A DNA stretch of 64,000 nt, taken from contig WANW01000051.1 of NCBI GenBank assembly GCA_015521615.1, forward strand, positions 7,918-71,917. The letters are read 5' to 3'. The translations under genes were made by a program, and so were the position numbers. This document shows positions 46,340-56,670 of the stretch, in pieces. The stretch's first letter is position 1. Each line of letters opens with the position of its first letter. The notes under the pieces were generated by a model. The model did no database searches, was not told where the DNA came from, and saw nothing but the letters and a program-made list of their open reading frames with translations. This DNA comes from Candidatus Hydrothermarchaeota archaeon (lineage in GTDB: Archaea; Hydrothermarchaeota; Hydrothermarchaeia; Hydrothermarchaeales; BMS3B).

Positions 46340-47170
46340 CTACTTCCTGAACACTATGCCCGCGTATGCCACAACGCTTCCATAATCACCTGTAACATCG
46401 CCACTGTTTCCATACTTCAGAAGCTCTGCTCTTGTTGCACCCCGCTTCCTGGCGGCTGCTATGGCTGTTGCTATTGCACCGTAGCCACATGCAGAAATGC
46501 GGTGCTCATACACGCGCCTGAGAAACTGCTCCTCATCCAGTGCAAGAATTGCCTCTATTGCAAGAGTATCCTTCTGCTTGGCCAGTGAGGCGCTCTCATA
46601 GTGGGTGAAGTCACTGGAGGCGAGAATTAAAATGTCCTTCTCAACCCTTGCCAGGCAGGAGGCAATCTCCCGCGCCACCTCCAGGTCCTGGAGACCCAGT
46701 GAAATTGCCACAAACTTGAACTCCCCGTAGATGTACTGCAAAAAGGGGAGCTGAACCTCTATGCTGTGCTCGTACGCATGTGCAGTCTCATCACTGTCAA
46801 TAACATCACAGCTCTTCCAGAGGTACTCAGCAAGTTCGCGGTCACACTTCACAGCACCCAGAGGGGTTTCCCAGTCCTGCTGAGAGACAGCAACCAAGCT
46901 GCCCATACCCGTGTGATTCGGACCGAGAATAACCACACTCTCAGGCTTCTCCTGCATCGCCAGAGCATAGTAGACATGCGCCGCCTCATAGCCGGAATAT
47001 ATGTAGCCCGCGTGAGGAACCACCGCAGCCACAATATCCCTGGACACCTCCGCATCGCGCACAGGAAGCTTCCCCGGACCCAGCGCATGGAGAAAACACT
47101 GCTCAATCTGCTCAATTAAAGCCTCTCTGGAGGCAGGATAAAACTGCCCGGCCACTGCAGGGCTGCGCAT
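46340..47170 (-). CDS. MEMO1-family protein (AmmeMemoRadiSam system protein B)
   Basis: 276 aa with Memo-like sequence. Confidence 0.75.
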   Translation of the reverse strand: MRSPAVAGQFYPASREALIEQIEQCFLHALGPGKLPVRDAEVSRDIVAAVVPHAGYIYSGYEAAHVYYALAMQEKPESVVILGPNHTGMGSLVAVSQQDWETPLGAVKCDRELAEYLWKSCDVIDSDETAHAYEHSIEVQLPFLQYIYGEFKFVAISLGLQDLEVAREIASCLARVEKDILILASSDFTHYESASLAKQKDTLAIEAILALDEEQFLRRVYEHRISACGYGAIATAIAAARKRGATRAELLKYGNSGDVTGDYGSVVAYAGIVFRK

Positions 47171-47206
47171 GGATAATAGATTTGCCCTCCTCCCCTAAAT
47201 AGTTTG

Positions 47207-47794
47207 TTATATCTCCCCCTCAAACTCCTCAAGGGGCATAAAATTCTCCACGTCCATACCCTTTGCTCTAAGAATCTCCCTGGCGAGGAGCCAGTAAACA
47301 AGAGCAAGAGCTTTTCTTCCCTTGTTGTTGGTGGGTATCACTATGTCAACACCCGAAGCACTGTTATCAGTGTCGCACAGTGCCACAACTGGTATTCCTA
47401 TCTCACCGGCCTCACGCAGTGCCTGCTCATCACCGCGTGGGTCAGTGACCAGGAGCACATCCGGCTCAACAAAGTGCTTCAGATTTGGATTTGTGAGTGT
47501 GCCAGGGATAAAGCGCCCGGCTATTGCCTTTGCACCCACAAGGCGCGCAAGCTGCTCAATAGGGCGCTGACCGTACTGCCTCCGCGAAACCACCAGGATC
47601 CTGCTGGGTTCAAACTTCGCAAGGAACTTCGCCACTGTAGCGATGCGCTCGTCTGTCTTCTTAACATCAAGCACATACAGCCCGTCAGGACGAACGCGGT
47701 ATATGTAGGGCATCATGTCTGCATTCTTCTGCTGCGTACCTATATGCACCCCGGCTGCGAGATAGTTATCCAGAGAGGTAAGCTTCGTTTCCAT
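47207..47794 (-). CDS. rps2: Ribosomal protein S2
   Basis: The [11 protein letters not shown] motif is present. The start is probably the ATG at 47794. The track start at 47863 would overlap eno. Confidence 0.9.
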   Translation of the reverse strand: METKLTSLDNYLAAGVHIGTQQKNADMMPYIYRVRPDGLYVLDVKKTDERIATVAKFLAKFEPSRILVVSRRQYGQRPIEQLARLVGAKAIAGRFIPGTLTNPNLKHFVEPDVLLVTDPRGDEQALREAGEIGIPVVALCDTDNSASGVDIVIPTNNKGRKALALVYWLLAREILRAKGMDVENFMPLEEFEGEI

Positions 47795-47807
47795 ACTACG
47801 CCTCCTT

Positions 47808-49058
47808 TCACAATTTTGGAAGTCTTGCAAGCTTTGCTCTGCTCTGGGTGAGCTCCTCTGCAATGCGAATTAGCTCATTGAGCTTTGCTATTCTCTCCCC
47901 GCCGATAACACCTGTCTTAATTATTGGGATATTGAAAGCCACTGCGAGGTGGGCTATGCTCTCATCTGTGGTTTCGCCAGAGCGGTGTGAAATCACCGGC
48001 ACGAGCTTCTCATTCTTTGCCAGATTTATTGCCCTGAAGGTATCTGTAAGCGTGCCGCACTGGTTGGGCTTTATCAGCACCGCATTGGTTGAGCCCTTCT
48101 CTATACCCCGCCTCAACCTCTCAACGTTTGTGACATAGAGGTCATCACCACAGATAAGAGCCTTAACACGAGATGTGAGCTCAGCAAAGGTCTCAAAATC
48201 CTCCTCCTGCACAGGATCCTCAACATAGTAGAGGTTGTAATCCTCTATTAAGCTTGCAATGTAGTCCACCTGCTCCTCGGGTGTGCGCTCCTTACCCTCA
48301 CGGGGATAAACATAGCGCTGCTTCTTTTCATTCCAGAACTGGCTCGCTGCCACATCCAGACCCATGCGGAGCTTAACCCCGGTCTCCTGCGCTACAATGT
48401 CGCACACCTCGCTCAGCACATTGAGGGCTTCCACATCGCTTATCGATGGCGCCCAGGCACCCTCGTCTCCCTTGCCAAGAGTTCCACTGCTGCGCTTGAC
48501 AAGCTCGCCTTTAAGCTTTTTGTGAACCTCTGCGTTTGTGCATATAGCCTCGGCAATATCACGTGCTCCAACAGGAATGACCAGGAACTCCTGAATGTCT
48601 GTGGCATTGTTTGCGTGAGCACCGCCGCCAATAACGTTACCCAGAGGGTAAGGAAGCTCACAGGAGAAGTTGCCTCCCAGAAACTGGAACAGGGGGATGC
48701 CATATGAAGCCGCTGCCGCCTTGGCATTGGCAAGAGAAATTGCCACTGCAGTGTTGCCACCAATATTTGAAAAATTATCTGTGCCGTCAATCTCCCGCAA
48801 AGTGCGATCTATTTCCTCCTGGTTTATAGCATCCATACCGCGAAGCTCGGGCGCTATAGTTTCCTCCACCTCAATTATCGCCTTGTCCACGCCTCCGTCG
48901 GGAAAGGCCTTTGCTTCATACTTGCCAGTGCTCGCCCCACTGGGAGCGGCGCATCTTCCCACGCCATAGTCGGTTATAACATCAACCTCAATGGTCCAGT
49001 TTCCGCGAGAATCAACAATTTTTCTCGCCTTAACATCCTCTATTATCGTCGGGATCAT
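47808..49058 (-). CDS. eno: Enolase
   Basis: 416 aa with conserved enolase sequence. Its ATG overlaps the rpoK TGA stop (ATGA). Confidence 0.95.
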   Translation of the reverse strand: MIPTIIEDVKARKIVDSRGNWTIEVDVITDYGVGRCAAPSGASTGKYEAKAFPDGGVDKAIIEVEETIAPELRGMDAINQEEIDRTLREIDGTDNFSNIGGNTAVAISLANAKAAAASYGIPLFQFLGGNFSCELPYPLGNVIGGGAHANNATDIQEFLVIPVGARDIAEAICTNAEVHKKLKGELVKRSSGTLGKGDEGAWAPSISDVEALNVLSEVCDIVAQETGVKLRMGLDVAASQFWNEKKQRYVYPREGKERTPEEQVDYIASLIEDYNLYYVEDPVQEEDFETFAELTSRVKALICGDDLYVTNVERLRRGIEKGSTNAVLIKPNQCGTLTDTFRAINLAKNEKLVPVISHRSGETTDESIAHLAVAFNIPIIKTGVIGGERIAKLNELIRIAEELTQSRAKLARLPKL

Positions 49059-49258
49059 CCTTCTTCACCCAGCATCTTCTTCTCAGGCATCCGTCTGCGC
49101 ACACTTATTGGTATAACACCCTTCTCAAGCTCCTTTATAGCTATTATTATCGGATCCTGCATGTCCTCTGAGAGCCTTATCAGGGGCGGAGCACCCATGG
49201 AGAGCTGCAACGCTCTTGCGCCAATAATGCGGGCCTTCTCATACTTCGTGAGCTTCAC
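49055..49258 (-). CDS. rpoK: RNA polymerase subunit K (Rpb6 homolog)
   Basis: The [20 protein letters not shown] motif is present. Confidence 0.85.
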   Translation of the reverse strand: MKLTKYEKARIIGARALQLSMGAPPLIRLSEDMQDPIIIAIKELEKGVIPISVRRRMPEKKMLGEEG

Positions 49259-49290
49259 GCTTTTTCCTCCTTTTGCTGTGAGGAAGGGTA

Positions 49291-49365
49291 TGGGGCCGCT
49301 GAGATTTGAACTCAGGTCACCAGCACCCCAAGCTGGGAGGATAGTCCAGGCTACCCTACGGCCCC
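49291..49365 (-). tRNA. tRNA-Pro (anticodon GGG or UGG, depending on how the anticodon stem is drawn)
   Basis: Reverse complement is GGGGCCGTAGGGTAGCCTGGACTATCCTCCCAGCTTGGGGTGCTGGTGACCTGAGTTCAAATCTCAGCGGCCCCA. The acceptor stem pairs perfectly. GTTCAAATC T-arm is present. The loop TTGGGGT sits between CCAGC and GCTGG stems. Confidence 0.8.
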
Positions 49366-49558
49366 TTCTCCTCGAGTTTAATTACATCGTCGATGAAATC
49401 ACGGTGGCTCAGCAGCATTCTGCGGCAGCAGTAACGAGTAACCCCAAGCTCATCGAGCACCTGCTTGGGGTCCTCGTTCTCCTCCACTCTGCGCCTGAAC
49501 TCCTCATACTTGTCGGCGATTACTGCGCCGCAGCTGAAGCATCTTACAGGCACTATCA
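49356..49558 (-). CDS. rpoN: RNA polymerase subunit N (Rpb10 homolog)
   Basis: A GTG start follows GGTGA. It begins [11 protein letters not shown] and carries the CCRRM motif. The last three codons and the stop lie inside the tRNA-Pro 5' acceptor stem. Confidence 0.85.
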
Positions 49559-49563
49559 CGGGA

Positions 49564-49962
49564 TCACCTGTACGACTTCTGGAACCTCGCTCTTGCTCCA
49601 CGCCCGCCGTACTTCTTGGGCTCTGCCCTGCGTGCATCGCCCTTTATAATTGTGCGGTCGTAGCTCATGAAGGTTTCCTTGAGTTTCAGGTCACCGGTAT
49701 ACTCCACCAGACCTCGCCCTATTGCGGTGCGCACTGCTTCAGCCTGACCCATGAAACCGCCACCGCGAACGCGCACATCTATGTCCACCTTGTCCCTGAC
49801 ATCGCCGGCGAGCTCAAGTACCTCCATTATCTTTAATCGAGCCATTTCCGGTTCAAGAATCTCCACAGGGACCTTATTTATCCTGACTCTCCCCACTCCT
49901 GGTCTGATGGTAGCCCGCGCAATTGCGGTTTTCCGCTTGCCCACGCTGTGAACTATCTTCAT
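49564..49962 (-). CDS. rps9: Ribosomal protein S9
   Basis: 132 aa. It ends in the S9-typical RKKPQFSKR-like C-terminus (ARFQKSYR). Confidence 0.9.
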   Translation of the reverse strand: MKIVHSVGKRKTAIARATIRPGVGRVRINKVPVEILEPEMARLKIMEVLELAGDVRDKVDIDVRVRGGGFMGQAEAVRTAIGRGLVEYTGDLKLKETFMSYDRTIIKGDARRAEPKKYGGRGARARFQKSYR

Positions 49963-49971
49963 TCAATCACC

Positions 49972-50403
49972 TCAAAATTTTGCGCCAAGGAAGGTGCTGA
50001 GCTCCTCAAGGGTGACATACTTGGGAATCTTGAGTTTGGTGTAGCTTGCGTCTGGGAAAGTGATCTTCTCTGCATCAGCATACTCCTCGGGCACGCCAAC
50101 ATACACACGAAGGCGCTTGAAGGCGCTCCTGCCACGCTCCTGCTTATACGGGAGCATTCCCCGTACCGCGCGTTTCAAAATTCGCTCAGGCCGGCGCGGG
50201 TAATGCGGCCCATGCCGGCGGGGGTTGACTATACTCTTCCTCTGCCTCCTAGCACTGTACTTGGCAAAGATGCTCGCCCTGTTACCTGAGATTACCGCCT
50301 TCTCGGCATTGACCACCACTACCTCCTCACCTTCCAGCAGGGCTTTCGCCACATAGCTTGCTAGGCGACCCATTATTAAGCCAGAAGCGTCAATCACCTT
50401 CAT
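49972..50403 (-). CDS. rpl13: Ribosomal protein L13
   Basis: 143 aa with conserved L13 sequence. Confidence 0.9.
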   Translation of the reverse strand: MKVIDASGLIMGRLASYVAKALLEGEEVVVVNAEKAVISGNRASIFAKYSARRQRKSIVNPRRHGPHYPRRPERILKRAVRGMLPYKQERGRSAFKRLRVYVGVPEEYADAEKITFPDASYTKLKIPKYVTLEELSTFLGAKF

Positions 50404-50407
50404 GCTA

Positions 50408-50770
50408 TCACTCCATGATTTTTATATTCGAGCCCTCCGGGACTTCCTGCATTAGCTCCTTCAGGGTAAGGCAGCGCCCACCTGCGGCGGTTATCTTCTG
50501 CCTTGCCTTCTCCGAAAAGGCAAAGGCCGCAACAGTGACAGGGTGAGCAATCCTACCTGCGCCAAGCACTTTACCGGGCACAGCGACAATATCGCCCTTC
50601 CGGGTATATCTCGCTATCCGGCTTACATTGACCTCTGCACGGCGCGACTTTGAACGAGCCAGCCTCTCCGCAAGGTCGCGCCAGATAGGTGAACCTACCT
50701 CATGAGTCTTCTTTGCCAGGTCAACAATTATATTCCTGAGCACTGGGTTGGTGGTTCTGCTCATCTTCAT
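50408..50770 (-). CDS. rpl18e: Ribosomal protein L18e
   Basis: L18e family. The ATG at 50770 (MKMSRTTNP) is the likely start. The track uses a TTG at 50803. Confidence 0.8.
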   Translation of the reverse strand: MKMSRTTNPVLRNIIVDLAKKTHEVGSPIWRDLAERLARSKSRRAEVNVSRIARYTRKGDIVAVPGKVLGAGRIAHPVTVAAFAFSEKARQKITAAGGRCLTLKELMQEVPEGSNIKIME

Positions 50771-50951
50771 AGATACTGTGCCTCCTTGCTGCACCGTTTG
50801 CAAGAATTATTATAGGCCAAACTTCAGAAAGTTTGACCGTCAGATTGCGGTATTTTCGCTATCGCTCAATTCCGCTATGTTTCCATATGCATTTTTCTAT
50901 CCCTGTCGGGATGGGTATACTGGAGGGGGAAGGCCACCGGATGAGATTGTA

Positions 50952-51036
50952 TGCGGGGGAAGGGATTTGAACCCTCGCACCCACTTAGGGACAGGACCCT
51001 CAATCCTGCGCCTTTGTCCAACTCGGCCACCCCCGC
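50952..51036 (-). tRNA. tRNA-Leu (anticodon GAG), type II with a long variable arm
   Basis: Reverse complement is GCGGGGGTGGCCGAGTTGGACAAAGGCGCAGGATTGAGGGTCCTGTCCCTAAGTGGGTGCGAGGGTTCAAATCCCTTCCCCCGCA. It has a 7-bp acceptor stem and a 3-bp D stem. The anticodon loop is TTGAGGG. Confidence 0.85.
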
Positions 51037-51054
51037 ATGGTAACCGCAATATCT

Positions 51055-51828
51055 TTATAACAATGATACCATCTTCTCAGCTTTTTTGGAGATTTCCCTG
51101 CACGCTGCACGAAATACTTCCAGCGCTGGTAGTGAGCCGTTGCTCTCAATGGTGAATATGAACCGCGTTGAGTCTCCCTTTACACTTATTGCTTCTTCTT
51201 CGCACGACTGGGCACACGCTCTGCACAGGGTGCATGCCTCTATGTTCTTAACCACCACTCTGTCCTCTTTGATGGTCAGCAGATCCCTGGGGCAGGCTTC
51301 CACACACTCACCGCAGGCGGTGCACTTTTCATTAACCTCAATCACCGGATAATACTTGTAGCCAACCACAGCGGGCTGCCATTTGGCATGCTCCTTGCCC
51401 TTACCCAGCACCGCCTCAGCCTCAAGCCTGAGGCGCTGACCCTTTCCCAGCTTCACAATGGGGATACCCTCCACAGGTGTGAGCTCTGGGTCTGGGGACT
51501 TCAGGTCATGAGAGTACACAACCTTGGGGCCCTCTTCCTCAAGGGTAAGCGTGAGGGTGCAGCTCGGGCAGCCTGCGCCACCACATACACAGGAATCGCG
51601 GAAGTTGAACCTCTCCAGGTCTGTGCGTATGGGCACTAAGCCAAGACGATGGGCAAGTATTTCATCGTAGAGCGAGGATGTGTTCTCATATATTATTACA
51701 TCCTCTATTGCCAGCGTCGGCACCTCACTCAGCATTGCCCTGCGAAGCGCATTGGCATAACTGGGATTTGCATTCTCAAGTAGAATCTTTATTTTATTGC
51801 CCTCGCCCTCAAGAACACGTACTTCCAA
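51055..51828 (-). CDS. rpoD: RNA polymerase subunit D (Rpb3 homolog) with a 4Fe-4S insertion
   Basis: 257 aa. A CTACGECVEACP ferredoxin-like segment is present. Confidence 0.9.
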   Translation of the reverse strand: MEVRVLEGEGNKIKILLENANPSYANALRRAMLSEVPTLAIEDVIIYENTSSLYDEILAHRLGLVPIRTDLERFNFRDSCVCGGAGCPSCTLTLTLEEEGPKVVYSHDLKSPDPELTPVEGIPIVKLGKGQRLRLEAEAVLGKGKEHAKWQPAVVGYKYYPVIEVNEKCTACGECVEACPRDLLTIKEDRVVVKNIEACTLCRACAQSCEEEAISVKGDSTRFIFTIESNGSLPALEVFRAACREISKKAEKMVSLL

Positions 51829-51830
51829 GG

Positions 51831-52229
51831 TTATACTCTCCTCCCGCGCTTACCACCTTTTCTCTTGGTTCCGTCGTGGGGTATGGGTGTTACATCCTCT
51901 ATGCGGCCAATCTTGAGCCCTGCTCTCGCAAGGGCACGTATTGCAGGCTGAGCTCCAGGCCCGGGGGTCTTGGGGCCACTTCCACCAGGCGCACGAACCT
52001 TGATGTGCACCCCGACGATACCCTTCTCCATGGCCTCTTCTGCGGCACGCATCGCAGCCTGCATCGCCGCATATGGCGATGATTCATCACGATGAGCCTT
52101 GACTATCCTGCCACCGGACCACCTGCTTATTGTCTCCGCTCCCGTCAGGTCAGTTATGTGGATAATTGTGTTGTTGAAAGATGAATAAATATGCGCTATT
52201 CCCCAGTGCTCCTCCTGCTTCTTTGCCAT
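51831..52229 (-). CDS. rps11: Ribosomal protein S11
   Basis: 132 aa with conserved S11 sequence. Confidence 0.9.
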   Translation of the reverse strand: MAKKQEEHWGIAHIYSSFNNTIIHITDLTGAETISRWSGGRIVKAHRDESSPYAAMQAAMRAAEEAMEKGIVGVHIKVRAPGGSGPKTPGPGAQPAIRALARAGLKIGRIEDVTPIPHDGTKRKGGKRGRRV

Positions 52230-52760
52230 TTACGCCGCCTCCTGCTTTGCTTCTTCCTTTCTCACTATCTGGATGTTTCGTATTGGAGAGTTTTCAGCAT
52301 AGGCTATGGTGTCCTCCTCATCGGCGCGCACCAGATAGCTCGGTGCGGTTACCTTTCTTCCGGCGACGGTTATATGACCGTGCACAATGAACTGCCTGGC
52401 CTGCTTTATGGTGGAGGCGAGGCCCTTCTTGTACACAAGTGTCTGAAGCCTCCTGTCCAGAATATCACGAACTGTGAGAGCAAGCACGTCATCAAGGCTG
52501 GCATCCTCTTTGAGAAGATTGAGCCTTCGCAGGCGTCCCATAAGTAACTCTTCCTGACGCCTTGCCTGCTCGCCCCGCTTGCCGAGAAGCTCTCTCGCTT
52601 GGCCGCGAATACCGCGCAATATGGCCAGAGCCTTCCAGATTTCGCGCTTATTCTTTAACCCATACTCAGCAAGCAGCTTCTTCTCTTCCTGGATACGGTC
52701 CGCCTGCCATGGATGCGAGGGGGTGTGATACTTCTTCCGGATTCTGCGAGGATCACCCAT
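52230..52760 (-). CDS. rps4: Ribosomal protein S4
   Basis: 176 aa. The N-terminus is MGDPRRIRKKYHTPSHPW. Confidence 0.9.
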   Translation of the reverse strand: MGDPRRIRKKYHTPSHPWQADRIQEEKKLLAEYGLKNKREIWKALAILRGIRGQARELLGKRGEQARRQEELLMGRLRRLNLLKEDASLDDVLALTVRDILDRRLQTLVYKKGLASTIKQARQFIVHGHITVAGRKVTAPSYLVRADEEDTIAYAENSPIRNIQIVRKEEAKQEAA

Positions 52761-52769
52761 GAAATCACC

Positions 52770-53273
52770 CTACTTTTTCTTCTTGGAAACGCCCACAGTT
52801 ATGCCACGCCTGAAGCTCGTGCGTGTGCGCTGGCCACGCACAGGTAAGCCTAGCTCGTGCCTTATTCCACGATAGCTTCTTATCTTCCTCAGGCGGTTGA
52901 GGTCCTCTCTCAGCGCTATCGCAAGGTCTGAGCCAATGACATGCAGGTCCTTGCCGGTCTCATAATCCTTGCGGCGGTTGAACAGCCAGCTCGGCACCTT
53001 CTGATTCTGAAAATCTGTAACCAGCCTGTCCAGCTTCTCCACCTCTTCGTCGGTGAGATAGCCTATCCTCTTCTCAGGGTCAACTCCTGCGAGGTTGCAT
53101 ATCACCTCGCCCGTTCTCACCCCAATCCCTTTTATAAGCGCAAGGCCTACGGGCACCTTCTTATTACCATCTATGTCAGTACCACCTATCCTCACTAGGT
53201 ACTTGAACTCCTCTTTCGCTTCCTCGCTGCCTTTAGCCACTACTATTCCTCCGTTGGTATGAGGTAATATCAC
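52770..53273 (-). CDS. rps13: Ribosomal protein S13
   Basis: S13 family. An internal start is possible. Confidence 0.85.
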   Translation of the reverse strand: MILPHTNGGIVVAKGSEEAKEEFKYLVRIGGTDIDGNKKVPVGLALIKGIGVRTGEVICNLAGVDPEKRIGYLTDEEVEKLDRLVTDFQNQKVPSWLFNRRKDYETGKDLHVIGSDLAIALREDLNRLRKIRSYRGIRHELGLPVRGQRTRTSFRRGITVGVSKKKK

Positions 53274-53343
53274 CTATATATAATACTTTTGGACTTTCAA
53301 AATCAAGCTCCTCTCAATTGGAAAAGTACCATGGTAAAGATTT

Positions 53344-54306
53344 ATGCAAAGCTTGCACGAGGGAAGCTTTTTATCCCAGCCCACGGAAGTCTTTAATGTG
53401 ATAAAGGTAGTTTCCCCTGCAACGAGCGCCAACCTTGGGTCCGGCTTTGATGTATTTGGTCTGGCGCTAAGCTCGCCTGCTGATGAGATGGGCTTCAGGG
53501 AGATTGAGGAGGGTGTGAGGATTAAAGTTAGAGGGTATCCCGTGCCCGAGAGCAGCGAGGAGAACATCGCCGGCTACGTCGCGGCGCGCGTGCTTTCAGC
53601 AAAAGGCTTGGAAACTGGCGTGGAAATCTCTATAAATAAAAAAATACGGCCAAAGAGCGGTCTCGGCTCAAGCGCAGCTTCGGCGGTTGGTGCAGCGTAT
53701 GGTGTAAATGAGCTTTTTAATCTGGGGATGAGCCGGGAGGAGATTCTCCACTTCGCCCTCATGGGTGAGAAATACTTCTCAGGTGCTGAGCATGCAGACA
53801 ACATTGCCGCCTGCCTGTACGGTGGCTTTACCTGCGTCTCCTATGCACCGCTGAAGGTGCTCTCTATCACTCCGCCTGAATTTCTGGAGTACGCCATTCT
53901 CCTGCCAGAGGTTGAGGTGGAAACGCGCTCCGCAAGGGCGATGCTCCCCGGGAAAGTGCCCCTGGCTTCGCATGTGCGCAACCTTGCCAATGCCGCCTTT
54001 CTGGTAGCTGGTATGCTGCGAGGCGATGACAATGCCATACGCACAGGAATGCGCGACGAGATTGTGACACCTCTGCGCAAAAACTACATACCTTACTTTG
54101 AGGAGCTGAGCTCAGCTGCCCTTCAGGCAGGTGCTCTGGGATTTGCGATAAGTGGCTCGGGCCCGGCATGCATAGCGCTGTGCAACTCATCCGTAATAGC
54201 TGGCGAGGAGCTGGCAGGTGTGCTTAGGGAGGTTTACCAGAAGCATGGCTTAAAATGCACCACTTACACAGGGAGGATAGGCAGAGGATGCAGTATAATA
54301 AGATGA
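53344..54306 (+). CDS. thrB: Homoserine kinase (GHMP family)
   Basis: The PATSANLGSGFDVFG motif and a GHMP SGLGSSAASAV motif are present. A GTG start at 53398 (MIKVVSPATSANLG) is plausible. Confidence 0.8.
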   Translation: MQSLHEGSFLSQPTEVFNVIKVVSPATSANLGSGFDVFGLALSSPADEMGFREIEEGVRIKVRGYPVPESSEENIAGYVAARVLSAKGLETGVEISINKKIRPKSGLGSSAASAVGAAYGVNELFNLGMSREEILHFALMGEKYFSGAEHADNIAACLYGGFTCVSYAPLKVLSITPPEFLEYAILLPEVEVETRSARAMLPGKVPLASHVRNLANAAFLVAGMLRGDDNAIRTGMRDEIVTPLRKNYIPYFEELSSAALQAGALGFAISGSGPACIALCNSSVIAGEELAGVLREVYQKHGLKCTTYTGRIGRGCSIIR

Positions 54307-54312
54307 GAAATT

Positions 54313-54828
54313 TCACTCTTTGCGCTGCTCTGGGAATTCACGTGAGCGGCGTCTTTTACCACGCCTTCTGAAAATGTCCCTCAGCTCTGTGTGGATAAAG
54401 CCCTTCTCCTCAACGTCGGCACGCTCTTCTTTTACTGTGAGCTTTATCACAACCACCAGTGCGAGGATAAAGAAGGTTGCCATTGCAAGGGTTAGAGGCT
54501 GTATCTCCAGGGCGCCTGTAAGTATGACCTCTCTGAGCACAGCCACCAGTGCGATCTCTGCCATAAAGCTCACCGCAACCCGGTGCTCCTTGAGGTAGAC
54601 GATGAGCATGCGGTAGGTCTCAACGAGTATCATAATGTACAGAATTTCAGAGACAACACGCTTGAACTCAAAAGCATGGGAAATCTCAAAGATTATCCCC
54701 AAAAGCACCTTTATGCTTACATAGAAAACAATTACAGAAAGAGCTATGATTATCAAATCCTGGATTGTCTCCAGGGTCTTTCTGAACACGTCGTGCACCT
54801 TTCGGTAGAGTATCTGCTCCTCTGTCAT
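54313..54828 (-). CDS. PsiE-like (phosphate-starvation-inducible E family) membrane protein
   Basis: 171 aa with four TM helices and a basic C-terminal tail. Confidence 0.45.
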   Translation of the reverse strand: MTEEQILYRKVHDVFRKTLETIQDLIIIALSVIVFYVSIKVLLGIIFEISHAFEFKRVVSEILYIMILVETYRMLIVYLKEHRVAVSFMAEIALVAVLREVILTGALEIQPLTLAMATFFILALVVVIKLTVKEERADVEEKGFIHTELRDIFRRRGKRRRSREFPEQRKE

Positions 54829-55973
54829 TTCCTCCCACCGAGCTTTGCCCTGGTCTTCATAACCTCGCCGCCGCGTATGAAGGTTATCTCTATCTCCTGG
54901 CCCACCTTCTTCCTGGAGATTATATCAACCAGCTTCTCCATGGAGTCTACCTTTTCCCCATCTATAGCTATGATTATGTCGCCACCTATTGTCAGGACAT
55001 AGCCCCTGTAGATTATCTGCACCTCTCCCGCATGAAGCCCCGCTTTGTCAGCAGGACTCCCGGGCACGACCTCAACAATCATGGCTCCCTCCTTTACGGG
55101 AAGATTGAGCACTCTTGCGAGCTCCTCTGTGACGGTAATCCCACTGATCCCCAGCCAGGGCCTGCGCTCAATCTCACGGTCCTCTTTTATCATCTCCTGC
55201 ATTATAGCCCTTGCCCTGTTTATGGGTATGGCGAAGCCTATTCCAATACTTCCACCGCTGGTGGTGAGTATGGCGGTGTTTATGCCGATGACCTCACCTG
55301 CCAGGTTGACAAGTGGGCCACCGCTGTTCCCGGGATTGATTGAGGCATCCGTCTGTATGAGCCCGTGCATTATGTAGCCCTTCTCGCTCTTTATACTCCT
55401 GTTAAGGGAGCTGATTATCCCAAGCGTCGCGGTACGGTCAAGGCCAAAGGGGTTGCCAATTGCTATTACAAACTCACCCACACGGAGATTTGATGAATCT
55501 CCCAGAGGCGCCACCGGCAGGTCTTCGGGTGGGTTGAGGATTTTTATCACCGCTATGTCATTGGCAGGGTCACTGCCCACAAGCTCCGCCTCGTACTTCT
55601 CACCATTGCTCAGCGTTACTTCAATCTGCTCGGCATTCTCAATAACGTGGTTGTTGGTGAGAACATAACCATCACGGGAGACCACTATGCCAGAGCCTGT
55701 ACCGCGCTGGGGTATAACCTCAAAGAAGAACCCCCTCTTCAGTACAGTGGAGGTTATGTGTACCACGCTCGGCGACACCCTCTGATATGCACGGTTGACC
55801 ACCTCATCGATTGAGCCGGTGACGTTAATAATCTCATGCCTTTCCACCTTGACCTCCTCATGCTTTGGCACAGATACTGCTGCAAAGTAGCCTCCCGCCG
55901 CGCCAGCAACCAGGGCAACAAGAAGGAATGATATAAATTTAATCGCCTTTTTCGAACCCAATTTTCCCACCAC
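54825..55973 (-). CDS. HtrA/DegP-family trypsin-like serine protease with a C-terminal PDZ domain
   Basis: A GNSGGPL catalytic motif and a PDZ domain are present. There is an N-terminal TM anchor. Confidence 0.85.
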   Translation of the reverse strand: MVGKLGSKKAIKFISFLLVALVAGAAGGYFAAVSVPKHEEVKVERHEIINVTGSIDEVVNRAYQRVSPSVVHITSTVLKRGFFFEVIPQRGTGSGIVVSRDGYVLTNNHVIENAEQIEVTLSNGEKYEAELVGSDPANDIAVIKILNPPEDLPVAPLGDSSNLRVGEFVIAIGNPFGLDRTATLGIISSLNRSIKSEKGYIMHGLIQTDASINPGNSGGPLVNLAGEVIGINTAILTTSGGSIGIGFAIPINRARAIMQEMIKEDREIERRPWLGISGITVTEELARVLNLPVKEGAMIVEVVPGSPADKAGLHAGEVQIIYRGYVLTIGGDIIIAIDGEKVDSMEKLVDIISRKKVGQEIEITFIRGGEVMKTRAKLGGRK

Positions 55974-56060
55974 CTGAGCGAGAGCTGGCCTTTACTTGTT
56001 TAACTTTTTGTTCTACTATAAAATCCTATTGGACGTATCATCATAACATGGTTACAATTT

Positions 56061-56083
56061 TTTAGTAACATTATGTTACTAAA
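56061..56083. promoter_or_regulatory. Palindrome TTTAGTAACATTATGTTACTAAA matching the Pyrococcus Phr heat-shock-regulator consensus as I recall it (TTTA..T..C.....G..A..TAAA). It sits upstream of the tandem hsp20 genes.
   Basis: Read directly from the sequence. It has perfect dyad symmetry. A TATA-like CTATAAAAT lies about 35 nt upstream. Confidence 0.55.
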
Positions 56084-56141
56084 ATTTTTGACAGTGTGAG
56101 GGCGCATATATTAGTATAGTAACAAAAGGTGACTAAAGGAG

Positions 56142-56657
56142 GTGATGCGCATGTGGAGGAGAAGGAGGATATTTGATGATTTCTTCAGGGAGCTTGACGA
56201 AATAGACAGGCTCTTTGACAGGATGTTTGAATCAATGCGCTCCTGGCGCGGCATTGAGGGCATAGAAGAGCAGCCCCTCTACTGGGGATTTTCAGTGCGC
56301 CTGGGTCCTGAAGGCGTGCCCGAGATTCAGACCTTTGGCAACGTCGAAGCCGCACCGACGCTGCGCACAGGTGTTCGCGAACCTTATGTGGAGACAATGG
56401 TTGACGAGAAGAACGGCGAGCTTGTGGTAACCGCCGAGCTTCCAGGTGTTACCAAGGAGGACATAAAGATCAACGCTACGGAGAACAGTGTTGAGATCGT
56501 CGCAGAGCGTGATGACAGGAAGTACCGCAAAGTTGTTGCCCTCGACGCTGAGGTAGAGCCCAGCTCTGCAAAGGCGAGGTACAACAACGGTGTGCTCGAG
56601 ATAAAGTTCAAGCTCAAGTCACCGCCCAAGAAGGGCGTTAACATAAAAGTTGAATAA
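56142..56657 (+). CDS. hsp20: Small heat-shock protein (Hsp20/alpha-crystallin family)
   Basis: An alpha-crystallin domain and a C-terminal I-x-I/V-like VNIKVE motif are present. An AGGAGGTGA RBS precedes it. Confidence 0.85.
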   Translation: MMRMWRRRRIFDDFFRELDEIDRLFDRMFESMRSWRGIEGIEEQPLYWGFSVRLGPEGVPEIQTFGNVEAAPTLRTGVREPYVETMVDEKNGELVVTAELPGVTKEDIKINATENSVEIVAERDDRKYRKVVALDAEVEPSSAKARYNNGVLEIKFKLKSPPKKGVNIKVE

Positions 56658-56670
56658 GGAGGTGGTGGGA

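Noticed and set aside
56034-56050. Possible C/D-box sRNA (ATGATGA on the minus strand) in the hsp20 upstream region
   Set aside because: There is no matching D box (CTGA) at the appropriate distance and no terminal stem. The C-box match is probably chance.
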